A DNA stretch of 64,000 bases from the NCBI RefSeq assembly GCF_006345805.1, contig NC_043026.1, positions 7,874,001 through 7,938,000 of the forward strand, in the 5' to 3' direction. The position numbers and the translations under genes are program-made. Of this stretch, positions 61,001 through 64,000 are shown in pieces. The notes below the pieces were generated by a model that was not told where the DNA came from, searched no databases, and saw only the letters and a program-made list of their open reading frames with translations. How positions within the stretch are numbered: the first letter of the stretch is position 1; every line of letters begins with the position of its first letter. This DNA comes from Octopus sinensis (lineage: Eukaryota).

Positions 61001-64000
61001 ACATTAAATGACTTCAGGTTAAATGACTATACATGATGTAAAATGACATGACGTTTAATGACATGACGTTCAATGATATTATATGACGTTAAATGACAAG
61101 AGGTTAAATGACTTTAAATGACATTAAATGACATGACGTCAAATGACGTTAAATGACATGACGCTAAATGACGTTAAATGTCGTTAAATTCGGTTAAATG
61201 ACATGACGGTAAATGATTTTACATGACGTAAAATGACATGACGTTAAGTGACATGACGTTCAATGACATGACTTTAAATGACGTTAAATGACATGGCGTT
61301 AAATGACTTTAAATGACGTTAAATGACATGACATTAAACGACGTTAAATGATGTTAAAAGACATGACGTTAAATGACATAACATTAAATGACGTTAAATG
61401 AGTGGACGTTAAATGACATGACGTTAAATTATGTTAAATTATGTTAAATGACTTTAAATGACATGACATTAAATGATGTTAAATGACGTTAAAAAACATG
61501 ACGTTAAATGACATGAAATGACATCACGTTAAATGACGTTAATTGACGTCAAATGACATGTCGTTAAATGACGTTAAATGACGTTTAATGACATGACGTT
61601 CAATGACGTTAAATGACAAGACTTTAAATGAGGTTAAATGACATGACGTTAAATGACGTAAAATGACATTAAATGGCATTAAATGACATCACGTTAAATG
61701 ACGTTCAATGACGTTAAATGACGCTAAATGACATGACGTTAAATGACATGACGTTAAATGACATAACGTAAAATGACATTCAATGACGTAAATGACATGA
61801 CGTTAAATAGCGGTAAATGACGTTAATTGATATGACTTTAATTGACGCTAAATAACATGACGTTAAATGACGTTATATAACGTTAAATAACATGACGTTA
61901 AATGACGTTAAATGACGTTAAATGACTTTAAATGACATAACGTTAAATGACATAATGTTAAATGCCATGACGTTAAATGACGTTAAATGACATGATGCTA
62001 AATGACGTTAAATGAGATGACCTTAAATAACGTTAAATGACATGACCTTAAATGACCTTAATTATCGTTAACTAACATGACGCTAAATGACGTTAAATAA
62101 ATTTAAAAGACATGACGTTAAATGACATGACGTTAAATGACGTTAATTGACGTTAAATGACATGACGTTAAATGACGTTAAATGATATGACGTTGAATGA
62201 CATGACGTTAAATGACGTTAAATGATATGACGTTGAATGACATGACGTTCTATGACATGACGTTAAATGAGTTTAAATTACATGACGTAGAAGGATGTTA
62301 AATGACATTAAGTTAAATGATGTTGAATGACGTTAAATGACATGACGTTAAATGACAAGAGGTTAAATGACATGACGTTAAATGACGTTAAATGATGTTA
62401 AATGACCTGACGTTAAATGACGTTAAATGATGTTAAATGACGGTAAATGACATGACGTTAAATGACGTTAAATGACATCGTTAGATGAATTTAAATGACA
62501 GAACGTTAAATGACAAGCCGTTAAATGACATGACGCGAAATGACTTTAAATTACGTTACCTAACATAACGCTAACTGCAAGTAAATGACGTGACGTTAAA
62601 TGACGTTAAATAATGTTAAATGACACGTTGTTAAATGACGTTACATGACACGACGTTAAATGACGTTAAATGATATGACGTTAAATGACGTTAAATGACA
62701 TGACGTTAAATGTCGTTAAATGACGTTAAATAACATGACGCTAAATGACGTGAAATGATATGACGTTATATGACGTTAAATAACGTTAAATGACATGACA
62801 TTAAATGTCGTTTAATGACATGACGTTAAATGACATGACGTGAAATGACGTTAAATGACATGACCTGAAATGGCGTTAAATGAAGTTAAATGACATGACG
62901 TTAAATGACGTTAAATAACGTTAAATGACATGACGTTAAATGAAATGTCATGACGTTAAATGACGTTAAATGAAATGACATGACGTTAAATGAGTTTAAA
63001 TGACATGACGTTAAATGAGTTTAAATGACATGACGTTAAATGACGTTAAATGAAGTTAAATGACATGTCGTTAATTAACGTTAAATGACATGACGTTGAA
63101 TGACATTAAATGACATGACGTTAAATGACTTTAAATGATATGACGCTAAACGACGTTAAATGAGGTTAAATTACGTTAAATGACACGACGTTGAATGACG
63201 TTAAATGACGTTAAATGACATGACGTTAAATGACGTTAAACTACCTGAAATGACATGATGTTAAATGACGTAAAATGACCTTACATTACATGACGTTAAA
63301 TGACGTTAAATGACATGACGTTAAATGAAGTTAAATGACATGACGTTAAATGGCGTTAAATGACATGTTGTTAAATTACGTTAAATGACATGACGTTAAA
63401 TGACGTTAAATAACGTTAAATGACATGACGTTAAATGACATGACGTTAAATGACGCTAAATGACGTTAAATGACATGGCGTTAAATGACGTTAAATTACC
63501 TGAAATGACATGACGTTAAATGACGTTAAATGACATGACATTAAATGAGTTTAAATGACATGACGTTAAACGACGTTAAATGACGTTAAATGAAGTTAAA
63601 TGACATGAGGTTAAGTGACATGTCGTTAATTGACGTTAAATGACATGACGTTCAATGACATTAAATGACATGACGTTAAATGACACGACGTTGAATGACG
63701 TTAAATGACATCACGTTTTATGACGCCAAATGTCGTTAAATGACATGACGTTAAATGACGTTAATTGACAAGACGTTAAATGACGTTAATAGACATGACG
63801 TTAAATGACGTTAAATGTCATGACGTTTAATGACATGACGTTAAATTACTTTAAATGACGTTATATGACGTTAAATGGCGTTAAATGACGTTAAATGAAA
63901 TGATGTTTAATGTCGTTAAATAACATGACTTTAAATGACGTTATTGACGTTAAAGGACATGACGTGAATTGACATGACGTTAAAACACCTTTAATGACAT
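55001..64000. repeat. Satellite DNA array of TGACA (5 nt) and TGACGTTAAA (10 nt) words, at least 9 kb, running off the window
   Basis: Directly visible; starts abruptly after a (TA)n tract; no ORF of 60 aa or more in any frame. Confidence 0.98.

Noticed and set aside
55001-64000. Satellite as a CRISPR array, telomere or coding repeat
   Set aside because: No unique spacers or cas genes, no TTAGGG repeats, and stops in all frames.

Overview
AT-rich animal genomic DNA. The SINE and RTE repeat content suggests an octopus or other coleoid cephalopod (inference; no search run). Bases 1594-49406 (+) hold the last 25 coding exons of a USP24-type deubiquitinase. I assembled them by hand: all junctions are GT-AG, phases are consistent, and the CDS is 3557 nt (about 1184 aa) with intact Cys, His and Asp boxes. 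The 5' part of the gene lies left of the window. The introns carry tRNA-type SINEs, RTE LINE copies (one about 3 kb), an L1/Tx1-like remnant, a SPIN/Buster-like hAT with TIRs and TSD, mariner remnants, Helitron-like non-autonomous elements and Penelope-like remnants. Downstream of the gene are a 124-bp tandem repeat, a near-intact minimal type I hammerhead ribozyme motif on the minus strand (52294-52356), two decayed neprilysin (M13)-like exons on the minus strand, and a CpG-rich satellite of at least 9 kb (55001 to the window end). The satellite is built from the words TGACA and TGACGTTAAA, has higher-order repeats, and its core matches the 3' terminus of the local RTE LINE. Best leads: the hammerhead motif and its decayed relatives, the satellite grammar and possible LINE-tail origin, a perfect 26-bp intronic hairpin, nested inverted SINEs as possible ADAR substrates, and a possible truncated USP24 isoform ending in mariner sequence.
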